Origin: Candidatus Ozemobacteraceae bacterium
GTDB lineage: Bacteria > Muiribacteriota > Ozemobacteria > Ozemobacterales > Ozemobacteraceae
Assembly: GCA_965140445.1 (NCBI GenBank)
Contig: OZ223236.1
Location: 4,000,001-4,064,000, forward strand
Reading direction: 5' to 3'
Length of the DNA: 64,000 nt
Position 1 is the stretch's first letter. Each line of letters starts with the position of its first letter. Below are positions 1-8,277 of this stretch, in pieces. The position numbers were made by a program, and so were the translations under genes. The notes beneath the pieces are model-generated. The model worked only from the letters and a program-made list of their open reading frames with translations, was not told where the DNA came from and made no database searches.

Positions 1-2
1 AA

Positions 3-299
3 GCTCTTCCGGAAAAACTGGATTCCGAGCTGAATGATCGCGGAACAAACTTGTCGGCGGGCCAGCGCCAACGCTTATCGATTGCCCGAATAATTTTAAA
101 ATCCCCGGATATTTTATTGCTGGATGAACCTTTTGCTAACCTGGACAACCATACTGCAGAAAAAGTATATCAAAACATGCAGAAATTCTTATCCACAAGA
201 ATCACCCTGATTCTTTCCCATCAAAAAGAATTCTGCTCAGAATCTCAGCTGGAAAAAACAGTTGAGGTCCCACTACCAAATCAGGATTCAGGGGTGTAA
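3..299 (+). CDS. ABC transporter ATP-binding domain, C-terminal part (5' end outside window)
   Basis: Frame is open from position 3: ALPEKLDSELNDRGTNLSAGQRQRLSIAR (ABC signature), ILLLDEP (Walker B/D-loop), LSH (H-loop). Confidence 0.9.
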   Translation, partial: ALPEKLDSELNDRGTNLSAGQRQRLSIARIILKSPDILLLDEPFANLDNHTAEKVYQNMQKFLSTRITLILSHQKEFCSESQLEKTVEVPLPNQDSGV

Positions 300-1258
300 A
301 TGCCGTCTTTTTTCATGTGGGAGAGTATGAGCCACTTCATATCATCAAGCGCATCACCTTGGCAGACTTCTGCCCTTCCATTCATAACTTGTTCAACTGC
401 TTCCTGATCAATCTGATCTTTTTGGAAATGAATCTCGTATGCCGGTACATTTTCGAGCATTTGCTTAGCCAGCAGGGCGAAATCTTTCCGATGATTTTGG
501 AATAAAGAGGTAATGTATACCTGATGAATCAAAAGTAAACGTTTCAGCCCTGAAACTCTCGACACTTTTCGGATACTAAATTCAGTGCTCTTAACCAAAA
601 AGAAAATTGCCGCCGCCTGTCCATGGTTTTCTCCGTCTGACTCGCGGCCAAAACATGAAGAAACAAAAGATGGTTTCTCTCCGTAGTCCTTGTCTGCAGT
701 GTAAAAAACGATATCATCAGAAAGCAAAAACTTATCTTTAAATAAACCGCTAATAGTGCTCTTTCCTGAATCGGAGAAACCCGTAAAAATTGCAGTTTTA
801 TCGCCGAGCTTTATTCCTGAAGCATGCAAAAAAAGATTTCGATCAAAAACACATAGATTAAAAACCAGCTCAAGAATTTTGTTGCGCAAAAATCGCTCAC
901 CAAATGCATGAGGAAAGTAAAAAAGGTAAGAATCCTCAATTCCCGAATAGGCAGAAAGACTGTAGGGACCAAAGGTCAACTCTTTATTATCATTATTTTG
1001 ATTTAAAAATTCTTTTACTTTGGGATGTTGGTTGATGGGCCAGAGGGATGGGTTGTTTGCTAAAGCATTAGCCTCAAAAGGAGCTTCTAAGCTTAGTGGT
1101 AAAATATTTAGTTTGGTTTTTGAAGGTGAAATGGGTAGAGAATTACTATTTGAAAAAAAATAATCTGGGAAAAATTCAGGGATTTTGCCTTGGCAAATAA
1201 CTTTTAAACAACGATTAAGGAAAATAGAATCGGGTCTAAAGTTTTGAGAACTAATCAA
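281..1258 (-). CDS. scmC: HPr-kinase-like P-loop protein, SynChlorMet ScmC-like
   Basis: FLHASGI...FTGFSDSGKSTIS (Walker A)...LSDD; last gene of the rSAM/PqqD/peptide operon. Confidence 0.65.
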   Translation of the reverse strand: MISSQNFRPDSIFLNRCLKVICQGKIPEFFPDYFFSNSNSLPISPSKTKLNILPLSLEAPFEANALANNPSLWPINQHPKVKEFLNQNNDNKELTFGPYSLSAYSGIEDSYLFYFPHAFGERFLRNKILELVFNLCVFDRNLFLHASGIKLGDKTAIFTGFSDSGKSTISGLFKDKFLLSDDIVFYTADKDYGEKPSFVSSCFGRESDGENHGQAAAIFFLVKSTEFSIRKVSRVSGLKRLLLIHQVYITSLFQNHRKDFALLAKQMLENVPAYEIHFQKDQIDQEAVEQVMNGRAEVCQGDALDDMKWLILSHMKKDGIYTPES

Positions 1259-1273
1259 TGCAAAAAATAACCC

Positions 1274-1576
1274 TTAGACGTTGCTGCCGCTGGAGCAGGA
1301 AGGTGGTGAGCCATAAACAGTAAAGCCATCGGCACAGCCATCAGTAAAAAACGCTGAACTTCCAGTGCTACAATTGGCAAGCAAAGCCAGCCCACCATTA
1401 GTACATGCTGTTATAGGACCTGTAGGAGTGAAGCCATTTAAGCATTCACCACTTGCAGAACCAACCGAGTATCCAGGGCCACAATTACCCTCTGTTTCAA
1501 AGCCTTGAGCTCGTTTTACGGGCATATTCATTGAAGATAACTTTGGCTTTTCATACTTTTGTTTTTTATTTTTCAT
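1274..1576 (-). CDS. Putative RiPP precursor peptide (YxxPxL leader, six CxxG units)
   Basis: KYEKPKL leader motif; Gly/Ser/Thr-rich core with Cys at 32, 45, 58, 69, 81, 94, each followed by xxG; overlaps the PqqD gene stop. Confidence 0.85.
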   Translation of the reverse strand: MKNKKQKYEKPKLSSMNMPVKRAQGFETEGNCGPGYSVGSASGECLNGFTPTGPITACTNGGLALLANCSTGSSAFFTDGCADGFTVYGSPPSCSSGSNV

Positions 1577-1859
1577 TAATTACTACCAGATTATTTGAAA
1601 CCAATTCTTTCAACAACTCTCCAACGTCAAATCTAACTCTTGCCAGATCTTCTATCTCAAACTCTTCACCCATTTTTTTGCATATTTCTTCAATAGACGT
1701 TTTACCGTCTAGGTGCTCAAAAACAAATGCGCCAGTGAGGTTTAAAATTTTCACCTCACCATTTTCTGGATTAAAAAGAAGTGCTCCGTCTTCTTCCTTC
1801 TCCATAACAATCTCAGGATTACCAAGATAAAATTCAGCTTTCATTATACTGTTTTCCAA
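1566..1859 (-). CDS. scmD: PqqD-family RiPP recognition element (ScmD-like)
   Basis: About 95 aa; NPEIVMEKEEDGALLFNPENGEVKILNLTGAFVFEHLDG...DV..LL..L is a typical PqqD pattern. True start may be ATG 1844. Confidence 0.85.
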   Translation of the reverse strand: MENSIMKAEFYLGNPEIVMEKEEDGALLFNPENGEVKILNLTGAFVFEHLDGKTSIEEICKKMGEEFEIEDLARVRFDVGELLKELVSNNLVVINEK

Positions 1860-2490
1860 TTGATTCGGCTACATTAGTTCGAGAAAACCACGGATGCACC
1901 CACAATTCCATGTTTTTTTCAGAGTATTTTTTTATTGAGCAAACTTTTAAACTCTTCCAAAACAACATGTTACAGGTATTGCCTGAAGAATCGAAACTAA
2001 TAGTTTTTAAAGTCAAAAATGGTAACAAGGTGGGCATTAGGAGAGAGATGGTTTCTCTAAACAAAAGTCGACATTTGAATAAAACCCCAGCTGTCTTTAA
2101 TGCCAAAAGCTCTTCAATTATTGAAATTCCCCTACTATACTTTCCATAAACGATTCCAGTCACCTTACCTTCAATACAGGAAAAGTCAAAAACGCCATCG
2201 GCAAACCTCTGATTGTCTCCCTGAATTAGAAAAAGCTTCTGCCCTGATTTTTCAAATACGCTTTTTATTCTATGAACACGAGAATGCAAATTGGGACCAG
2301 GCTTAAACGCGACAATTGCACCTGGATAAAGCTCATCAATTTGAGCTTTAGAAATAACAACTCTTTGTCCAGGCTTCAGAAACGGCTTCATGCTTCCGCC
2401 CATAACAATGGCAACAGAAGATTCTGCAGATGCAATTTCAAGCTCTGAGCAATTTTGTTTTGTCAATTTTTTATTAGATATTTGCTTCAT
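1834..2490 (-). CDS. S24/S26 family (signal peptidase I-like) peptidase
   Basis: GGSMKPFL (Ser), VHRI (His), QGDN motifs of SipW-like S26 peptidases. Confidence 0.8.
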   Translation of the reverse strand: MKQISNKKLTKQNCSELEIASAESSVAIVMGGSMKPFLKPGQRVVISKAQIDELYPGAIVAFKPGPNLHSRVHRIKSVFEKSGQKLFLIQGDNQRFADGVFDFSCIEGKVTGIVYGKYSRGISIIEELLALKTAGVLFKCRLLFRETISLLMPTLLPFLTLKTISFDSSGNTCNMLFWKSLKVCSIKKYSEKNMELWVHPWFSRTNVAESIGKQYNES

Positions 2491-3570
2491 TTATTCTTTA
2501 ACTTCTTTGAGTAAACGGCTTTCGGGGAAAACGCCTAATCTCCTGGCTTCTTCGCAGAAGGGAAAGCCATTTAGCAAATCGCCCGTTTTTGAGTAGGTTT
2601 GTGCAACACATTTACCCAAGCAATGTGCCTTCATTTTACATAATCGGCAGATCCCGCCCAAATTATTTGGAAAATCTGCCCTAAGCCGATTAAGCATTGG
2701 GTTTTCATTCCAGATTTTGTCAATACCAACCTCTAATGGGAATCCAAAATTTAGTTCGCTAACACGCTCTCCAATACCACAAAGTCCAGCACTTCCATCA
2801 TGGAGAATTCCTAAAATGGTCATAATTCCACAAATTCCATATTTAGCATTAGAAAGCTCTTTTAAGCTTAAAAAAGCTGGTGGCAAATCAAAAAAGATTT
2901 TTATGGGACTTTTATCTCTGATTTCTTTAAACTCAGTTTGATAAAAACTGATAATCTCTTCAATTGTTAAAAGCTCACCACCCTCCTGCATATCATTTGA
3001 TCTACCCAACCCGCTAATAATGTTAACCTTTAAACTTGTTGCGCCAAAGCTTTGTGCCAAAGTGGGCATTTTATAAAGAGTTTTGTAATTTCCACGATGA
3101 AGACAACAAATAACCTGAAATCCAATACCCGAATCTTTTAACAGCTTCATTCCAGCAAGAGCGCGTTCCCATGAGCCTGCAACACCTCTTAAAGATTCGT
3201 GAGATTCTTTGTCATATCCATCCAGAGAAACAGAAATAAAACCTCTCGCCCTCTTAAAAGCATTAACTATTTCTTTGCTTAAAAGCGTGGCGTTAGTTTC
3301 CATACTTACACCAAGTTGCATATTGGTAAGATCTGAAATGATTTCTGTAATATCAGGATGAAGAGTTGGTTCACCACCAGTTAATTTTACACCGGCCAAT
3401 CCTAGTTCTTTTGCGCTTTCAAAAATAGGACGCAATTTCTTCCAGGGAGTTGTCTTGGGAGTTCGGTCAATGTGCGGAGGTTCAATCCAGCAGTGTCTGC
3501 ATTTTAAATTACAATCACCACTGGCATAAAAATATATAGATTTAAGGGGAGGGATTCCGTTCGCCAACAC
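2491..3570 (-). CDS. scmF: Radical SAM/SPASM peptide maturase, SynChlorMet ScmF-like
   Basis: IYFYASGDCNLKCRHCW (CxxxCxxC), LTGGEP, SPASM cysteines CGIMTILGILHDG...C...CRLCKMKAHCLGKC...C. Confidence 0.85.
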   Translation of the reverse strand: MLANGIPPLKSIYFYASGDCNLKCRHCWIEPPHIDRTPKTTPWKKLRPIFESAKELGLAGVKLTGGEPTLHPDITEIISDLTNMQLGVSMETNATLLSKEIVNAFKRARGFISVSLDGYDKESHESLRGVAGSWERALAGMKLLKDSGIGFQVICCLHRGNYKTLYKMPTLAQSFGATSLKVNIISGLGRSNDMQEGGELLTIEEIISFYQTEFKEIRDKSPIKIFFDLPPAFLSLKELSNAKYGICGIMTILGILHDGSAGLCGIGERVSELNFGFPLEVGIDKIWNENPMLNRLRADFPNNLGGICRLCKMKAHCLGKCVAQTYSKTGDLLNGFPFCEEARRLGVFPESRLLKEVKE

Positions 3571-3825
3571 AACAATACCTGAATTCTTTTTTTATTAAGT
3601 TACAAGCTTTTTAAAGTATTTCAAGGAAAAAGATTTTTACTGTGTAACAGAATAAGGTTTTAGGTGTTTTTTTGCAATACCAGAGCAAGAACCTTAAGAT
3701 AACTTAAGAAAAGATTCACGCTATATCAATCATTTTTTAAATACATCTTACAGGCCAATATCATTTTTTTGATTAATTCTACCCGTTTTTTTTCCATTCC
3801 ATCTATTATCGTTAAGGGAATTAAA

Positions 3826-3854
3826 TTGACACCCGATACCAGTGCAAGTATCTT
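3826..3854 (+). promoter_or_regulatory. Putative sigma70 promoter
   Basis: TTGACA-17 bp-TATCTT about 55 bp upstream of ATG 3908. Confidence 0.55.
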
Positions 3855-3907
3855 ATAGTGTTAAGCAGGGTACGGCCTGAAGAAATTCTAAAAACTGAGA
3901 GTAAACC

Positions 3908-4744
3908 ATGAAATTCAGCAGAAGAAGCTTTAAAAATATAAAAACCAGGGTTGTTTTCGCCCTGATTTTCACTTTGTTATTCCCTTATTCGTTGCTTGCA
4001 CAGGCAAGCCCGACATATAAAGTACCTAAAAACTCTCTTAGTTACTTCCTGCAGAATCCTTCGCAGAAAGAATATCTAGAAACTACCACAACTGATGCTG
4101 GAGCCGTAATTCCACCACTCACACCAATAGTTAATCAAGTTGAACCAGAAAAGATTCCAGTTGCCAATTATGAAGTTGCGGCAGCTGTTGATGAAAAAAC
4201 ACCAGAAATTTATCAAAGTCAGGATTCAATTAATTCGAACGAAGAAACTGAGCATTTTGAATTTTCGTGGAAATCTGATGTTCCTACTGCTCCAAAAAAC
4301 GAATCCACAGAAATTGTTGTTGCAGACTCAAGAGTTCAAGAACTCCCCCTTCAGACAAAAATGGGAAAAGACATTGTTATAGAAGAAGAAATGGTAATTG
4401 AGAACCCACTATCTAAATCAGCCCAAAGAAATCTGAAAATTGAAAAACCAGAACCTCTTCAGGTAAGAAATTCAAATCAAGTTACATTCCAAGCTTCAAA
4501 AATTAGCACACAAAAAACCTATCACAAAACAGATAACAAATTATTTTCAGTAGCTCTTGCTAAAATGGAAAAAAGAAAAGGTCAAAGAGAAATCGAAGCT
4601 CAAAAACTTGGAATTGTTCTTCCCAGCCAAAGCGGAGATGTTTCATCTGTTTCTCCAAGCCTGGCAAAAATCCAAAAGACACTTAAAGACATTACCGCCA
4701 GACACCATTGCCCTTCAAACGGCGATTGCAAATTCTGCGCGTGA
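3908..4744 (+). CDS. Hypothetical exported protein
   Basis: Basic-hydrophobic-LLA signal peptide, low-complexity acidic middle, C-terminal HHCPSNGDCKFCA. Confidence 0.7.
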   Translation: MKFSRRSFKNIKTRVVFALIFTLLFPYSLLAQASPTYKVPKNSLSYFLQNPSQKEYLETTTTDAGAVIPPLTPIVNQVEPEKIPVANYEVAAAVDEKTPEIYQSQDSINSNEETEHFEFSWKSDVPTAPKNESTEIVVADSRVQELPLQTKMGKDIVIEEEMVIENPLSKSAQRNLKIEKPEPLQVRNSNQVTFQASKISTQKTYHKTDNKLFSVALAKMEKRKGQREIEAQKLGIVLPSQSGDVSSVSPSLAKIQKTLKDITARHHCPSNGDCKFCA

Positions 4745-4803
4745 TACCCTTCCAATTATTTTTTTTCAGACGTCTTTATAAAGAAAATTGGGAAACTTAA
4801 ACG

Positions 4804-5538
4804 ATGTCTCTAGAATCAGATCTTTACAAAACCTATTCCTCTACGCATGTTTTTGCAGACCAAGAAAAAGCAACAGAAGCAAATGCTTTGGCTCCAAGGG
4901 CTGGATATATAATGGAGTTTATTTCAAATTTCTTTCCCTTGGATAAAAATGCTAAGATTTTAGACATTGGCTGCGGATATGGCGCAATATTGTTTTTTGC
5001 CAAAAAACTGGGTTATTCAAATTTAGTCGGATATGACCTTTCGGAAGAACAAGTTCGATTAGCTCAATCTTTCGGATTGTCAAATGAAGTTTTTCATGGG
5101 AATGCACTAGAAGAGCTAAAGCGGCAAAAAGACAATAGCTTGGACATCATAATTTCCTTTGACTTAATTGAGCACTTTAGCCTCGAAGAAATATACAGAC
5201 TTGGAAAAATAGTAAAAGCAAAACTTCGCCAGAACGGTAGCTGGTTGATTCATGCTCCAAACGGTGAATCTCCTTTTGCAAATAAAGTTTTCAGCGGTGA
5301 TCTCACACACAAAACACTTCTAACACAGAACTCAGCACACCAACTCTTATTAAATTGTGGTTTTCAAAGCATTTCCTGCTACGAGGACTTACCGCCAAAG
5401 GGGAGTCTCAAAAATCGAATTCGCAGATTTCTCTGGTTGGTGATTCGCAATCTTCTATCGATTTACATGATAATTGAAACAGGAACCAGCAAAGGCTCAA
5501 TCTTCTCTCAAAATTTTGTTATAAAAGCAGCTTTATAA
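4804..5538 (+). CDS. Class I SAM-dependent methyltransferase
   Basis: ILDIGCGYG, DLIEHF, PNG...DLTH. Confidence 0.9.
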   Translation: MSLESDLYKTYSSTHVFADQEKATEANALAPRAGYIMEFISNFFPLDKNAKILDIGCGYGAILFFAKKLGYSNLVGYDLSEEQVRLAQSFGLSNEVFHGNALEELKRQKDNSLDIIISFDLIEHFSLEEIYRLGKIVKAKLRQNGSWLIHAPNGESPFANKVFSGDLTHKTLLTQNSAHQLLLNCGFQSISCYEDLPPKGSLKNRIRRFLWLVIRNLLSIYMIIETGTSKGSIFSQNFVIKAAL

Positions 5539-5556
5539 GCTCTAATTGGGAAAAAA

Positions 5557-6309
5557 ATGATAAAAAAACTCATCTCTCCTAACTCTATGCTAGGCAAGAT
5601 TGTTCGCTTGCCACTGAAGCTTCTCCCTGGAAGATTGATTTTAAGGATTTTTTCAGGCCTCAACAAAGGCAAAAAATGGCGAATTGGATCAAGCATAAAC
5701 GGATGCTGGCTTGGAATTTACGAGAAACAATTGCAAAATCGACTTCCACAATTAGTGAAACCTGGCATGGTTTGCTGGGACGTAGGAGCAAACGTAGGAT
5801 TTTATACCCTTGCCTTGTCTAAATTAGCAGGCAAAAGCGGAACTGTCATAGCTTTTGAACCAAACTCTAGAAACATGACACACCTGCTAGAGCACATAAA
5901 TATCAACAATCTGATAAATGTATCGGCCTTTCAATTTGCTTTTTCCGACAAAGAGACGGTAATTGGCTTTGATGTTGGCAACCACCATGCCACGGGGAGA
6001 ATTTCTCAAAAATCAAAATACTTTATACCTGCATTTTCAGGCGACTACTTAGTAAGCAATAACCTAGCAATGGCTCCAGACTTCATAAAAATTGACATAG
6101 AGGGTGCTGAAGGGCTTTTTTTGAAAGGATTTGAAAAAACAATAAAGCAAAAAAAGCCCACCATACTTCTCTCTTTGCATGGCATTGATGCCGAAAAATT
6201 TTGCGTTAATTTTTTGAAAAAAGCCGGCTACAAAATCACGAACTCTGAATTGAAAGAGTTTAATGGCGAAAATGATTTAATTGCAGTATTTGATAAAGAA
6301 AAAAAATAA
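5557..6309 (+). CDS. FkbM family methyltransferase
   Basis: DVGANVG, AFEP, IKIDIEGAE. Confidence 0.9.
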   Translation: MIKKLISPNSMLGKIVRLPLKLLPGRLILRIFSGLNKGKKWRIGSSINGCWLGIYEKQLQNRLPQLVKPGMVCWDVGANVGFYTLALSKLAGKSGTVIAFEPNSRNMTHLLEHININNLINVSAFQFAFSDKETVIGFDVGNHHATGRISQKSKYFIPAFSGDYLVSNNLAMAPDFIKIDIEGAEGLFLKGFEKTIKQKKPTILLSLHGIDAEKFCVNFLKKAGYKITNSELKEFNGENDLIAVFDKEKK

Positions 6310-6354
6310 AAGCAAGCCACAAAAAAAAACAACTAACTCCTCATCAATGCTCCA

Positions 6355-8232
6355 TCACACAGTCACATTTTGAGATTTTAACCACCGATCTAAAACATAC
6401 AAGGACCATACTCTCGTCCAGTCAGTTTTTCCATTTTTAAATCGAGCCCAAATCTCTCTAAATCCAGAATCACAAAAAACAGAAAAAGGCGAAAAAAACG
6501 TTTCCTCCATTCTTTTCGCCATGGAGCTTAAAATCCATTTTTGGTATGGCAAAACAAATCCTTGTTTTGGTCGAGAGGCACATTCAATAGGAATATCGCC
6601 CACTGTATCTAACAGAAAACTTTTCGGACACTCGCCAGAAACCTTTAGCCTCCCTGAAAAACCAAACATAGTCTCTATCAATTCAAAATCAATCAACGGA
6701 ACCCTAACTTCCAAGGCGTGGGCCATACTCATCTGGTCCGCGTCTCTTAAGAGAGTTGAAAGCATATAACTCACCGTCTCTAAAAACGATATCTTATTAA
6801 TCTTATCAGCTTCTCGACAATGAGACAGCATTTTTCCAGCATAGCTTTTATCGAACCAAAATTTTCCAGCATTAATTAGTTCACCATCGACAAGATTAAA
6901 AATCTGAAATCTATCAAATAGCTCACGCGACAAAAAATACGAGTCTAGCGGAAAATTCTTGGCTAAAAACGCCTTGCGCGTAAAACTAGAAGTTGAAAAT
7001 TTCAAACCAATTTTACACAAAACATCAGGGATATACTGTAGATAAGGGAAATATTTCCTTATTTGTAAATGTTTTTTAAATCTATTATAACCACAAAAAA
7101 GCTCATCGCCACCAATCCCAGACAATGCAACGGTAAGACCAGACTCTTTTGCCATTTTAGAAACAAACCATGTATTTAAGCCGTCCACACTTGGTTGGTC
7201 GAAGCTATTCAACGCTGATTCAAGATTTGCATTAAAAACGCTCTCGGTAAGCTGGCAAATCTCAAGATTCACTCCAAGCTTGTCTGCCACAGACCTGGCA
7301 TGGCGACTTTCATCAAAATCTGCATCCGCAAAAGAAACAGAAAAAGCTCGAACTTCACTGCTCTCAGCTCTCTTCATTAAGCTAACTATTGTCGAGCTGT
7401 CAATTCCTCCACTTAAAAACGCCCCTAAAGGCACATCTGAAATCATTTCGATAGCTACAGACTCTTTGAGTTTCTCAGCAACCACTTGCAAAGCTGTATC
7501 ATAATCCTGAGATCCATCAAAACCACTGACCCTTGGCAGCCAATACTTGGAAACCTGAAAAAACACCTCCCCATCTCTGTATTCTAATTGCCCCCAACTG
7601 CCAGGATTTAGGGATAAAACTCCATCAATTAGAGTATAGGGCTCTTGTAGAGAGCCATAACTCAAATAAGACAGCAGGCCTCTAGTGCAAAGTCGACGAG
7701 GAACTGCATTAGAACTCAAAACAGAGCGCACCTCTGACGAAAAAACAAAAATATCATCCGTTTTATAATAATAAAGAGGTTTAACTCCAACATGATCTCT
7801 TGCAAGAATAATTCTTTTTTTACTGTTGTCCCAAATAGCAAGAGCAAAAATACCTCTTAAACGACTAAAAACATCCGTTCCCCACGCCGCATAACCTTTT
7901 AAGATAACTTCGGTATCAGTATTAGAACTAAATTTTACATGAGGGAATTTTTGTATTATTTCTTTCTTTAGAATCTGAAAATTATAAATTTCACCATTAA
8001 AAACAATAAAATCGCCATTTTCATTATTAAGCATAGGTTGATGACCGCTTTTTGAAACATCCAAAATAGCTAATCTCGTATGCCCCAGACAGTATAAGTT
8101 ATCTTTGCCAAAAAACTTAACACCACTATCATCGGGTCCTCTGTGTTTAATAGCATTAACCATTCGTTCCAATGCATTCGAATTAGCATAAGAATCCTGT
8201 GATAATCGAACCAATCCAGCAATACCACACAT
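6355..8232 (-). CDS. asnB: Asparagine synthase-like glutamine amidotransferase
   Basis: MCGIAG, HRGPD, GHQPM, NGEIYN, FLSGGIDS, GIGGDELF, LEVRVP. Confidence 0.92.
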   Translation of the reverse strand: MCGIAGLVRLSQDSYANSNALERMVNAIKHRGPDDSGVKFFGKDNLYCLGHTRLAILDVSKSGHQPMLNNENGDFIVFNGEIYNFQILKKEIIQKFPHVKFSSNTDTEVILKGYAAWGTDVFSRLRGIFALAIWDNSKKRIILARDHVGVKPLYYYKTDDIFVFSSEVRSVLSSNAVPRRLCTRGLLSYLSYGSLQEPYTLIDGVLSLNPGSWGQLEYRDGEVFFQVSKYWLPRVSGFDGSQDYDTALQVVAEKLKESVAIEMISDVPLGAFLSGGIDSSTIVSLMKRAESSEVRAFSVSFADADFDESRHARSVADKLGVNLEICQLTESVFNANLESALNSFDQPSVDGLNTWFVSKMAKESGLTVALSGIGGDELFCGYNRFKKHLQIRKYFPYLQYIPDVLCKIGLKFSTSSFTRKAFLAKNFPLDSYFLSRELFDRFQIFNLVDGELINAGKFWFDKSYAGKMLSHCREADKINKISFLETVSYMLSTLLRDADQMSMAHALEVRVPLIDFELIETMFGFSGRLKVSGECPKSFLLDTVGDIPIECASRPKQGFVLPYQKWILSSMAKRMEETFFSPFSVFCDSGFREIWARFKNGKTDWTRVWSLYVLDRWLKSQNVTV

Positions 8233-8277
8233 TTGAATCTTTCTCCCGACTACTTACAAAATTTCTCGAAAATACGA

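Noticed and set aside
1453..1830. 125-aa plus-strand ORF and the many other short antisense or nested ORFs in the track
   Set aside because: They lie opposite or inside well-supported genes and have no motifs; shadow ORFs.
3571..3907. Target-site duplication or att site marking an insertion between scmF-like and scmE-like genes
   Set aside because: No convincing direct repeat shared with the 59100 region was found by eye.
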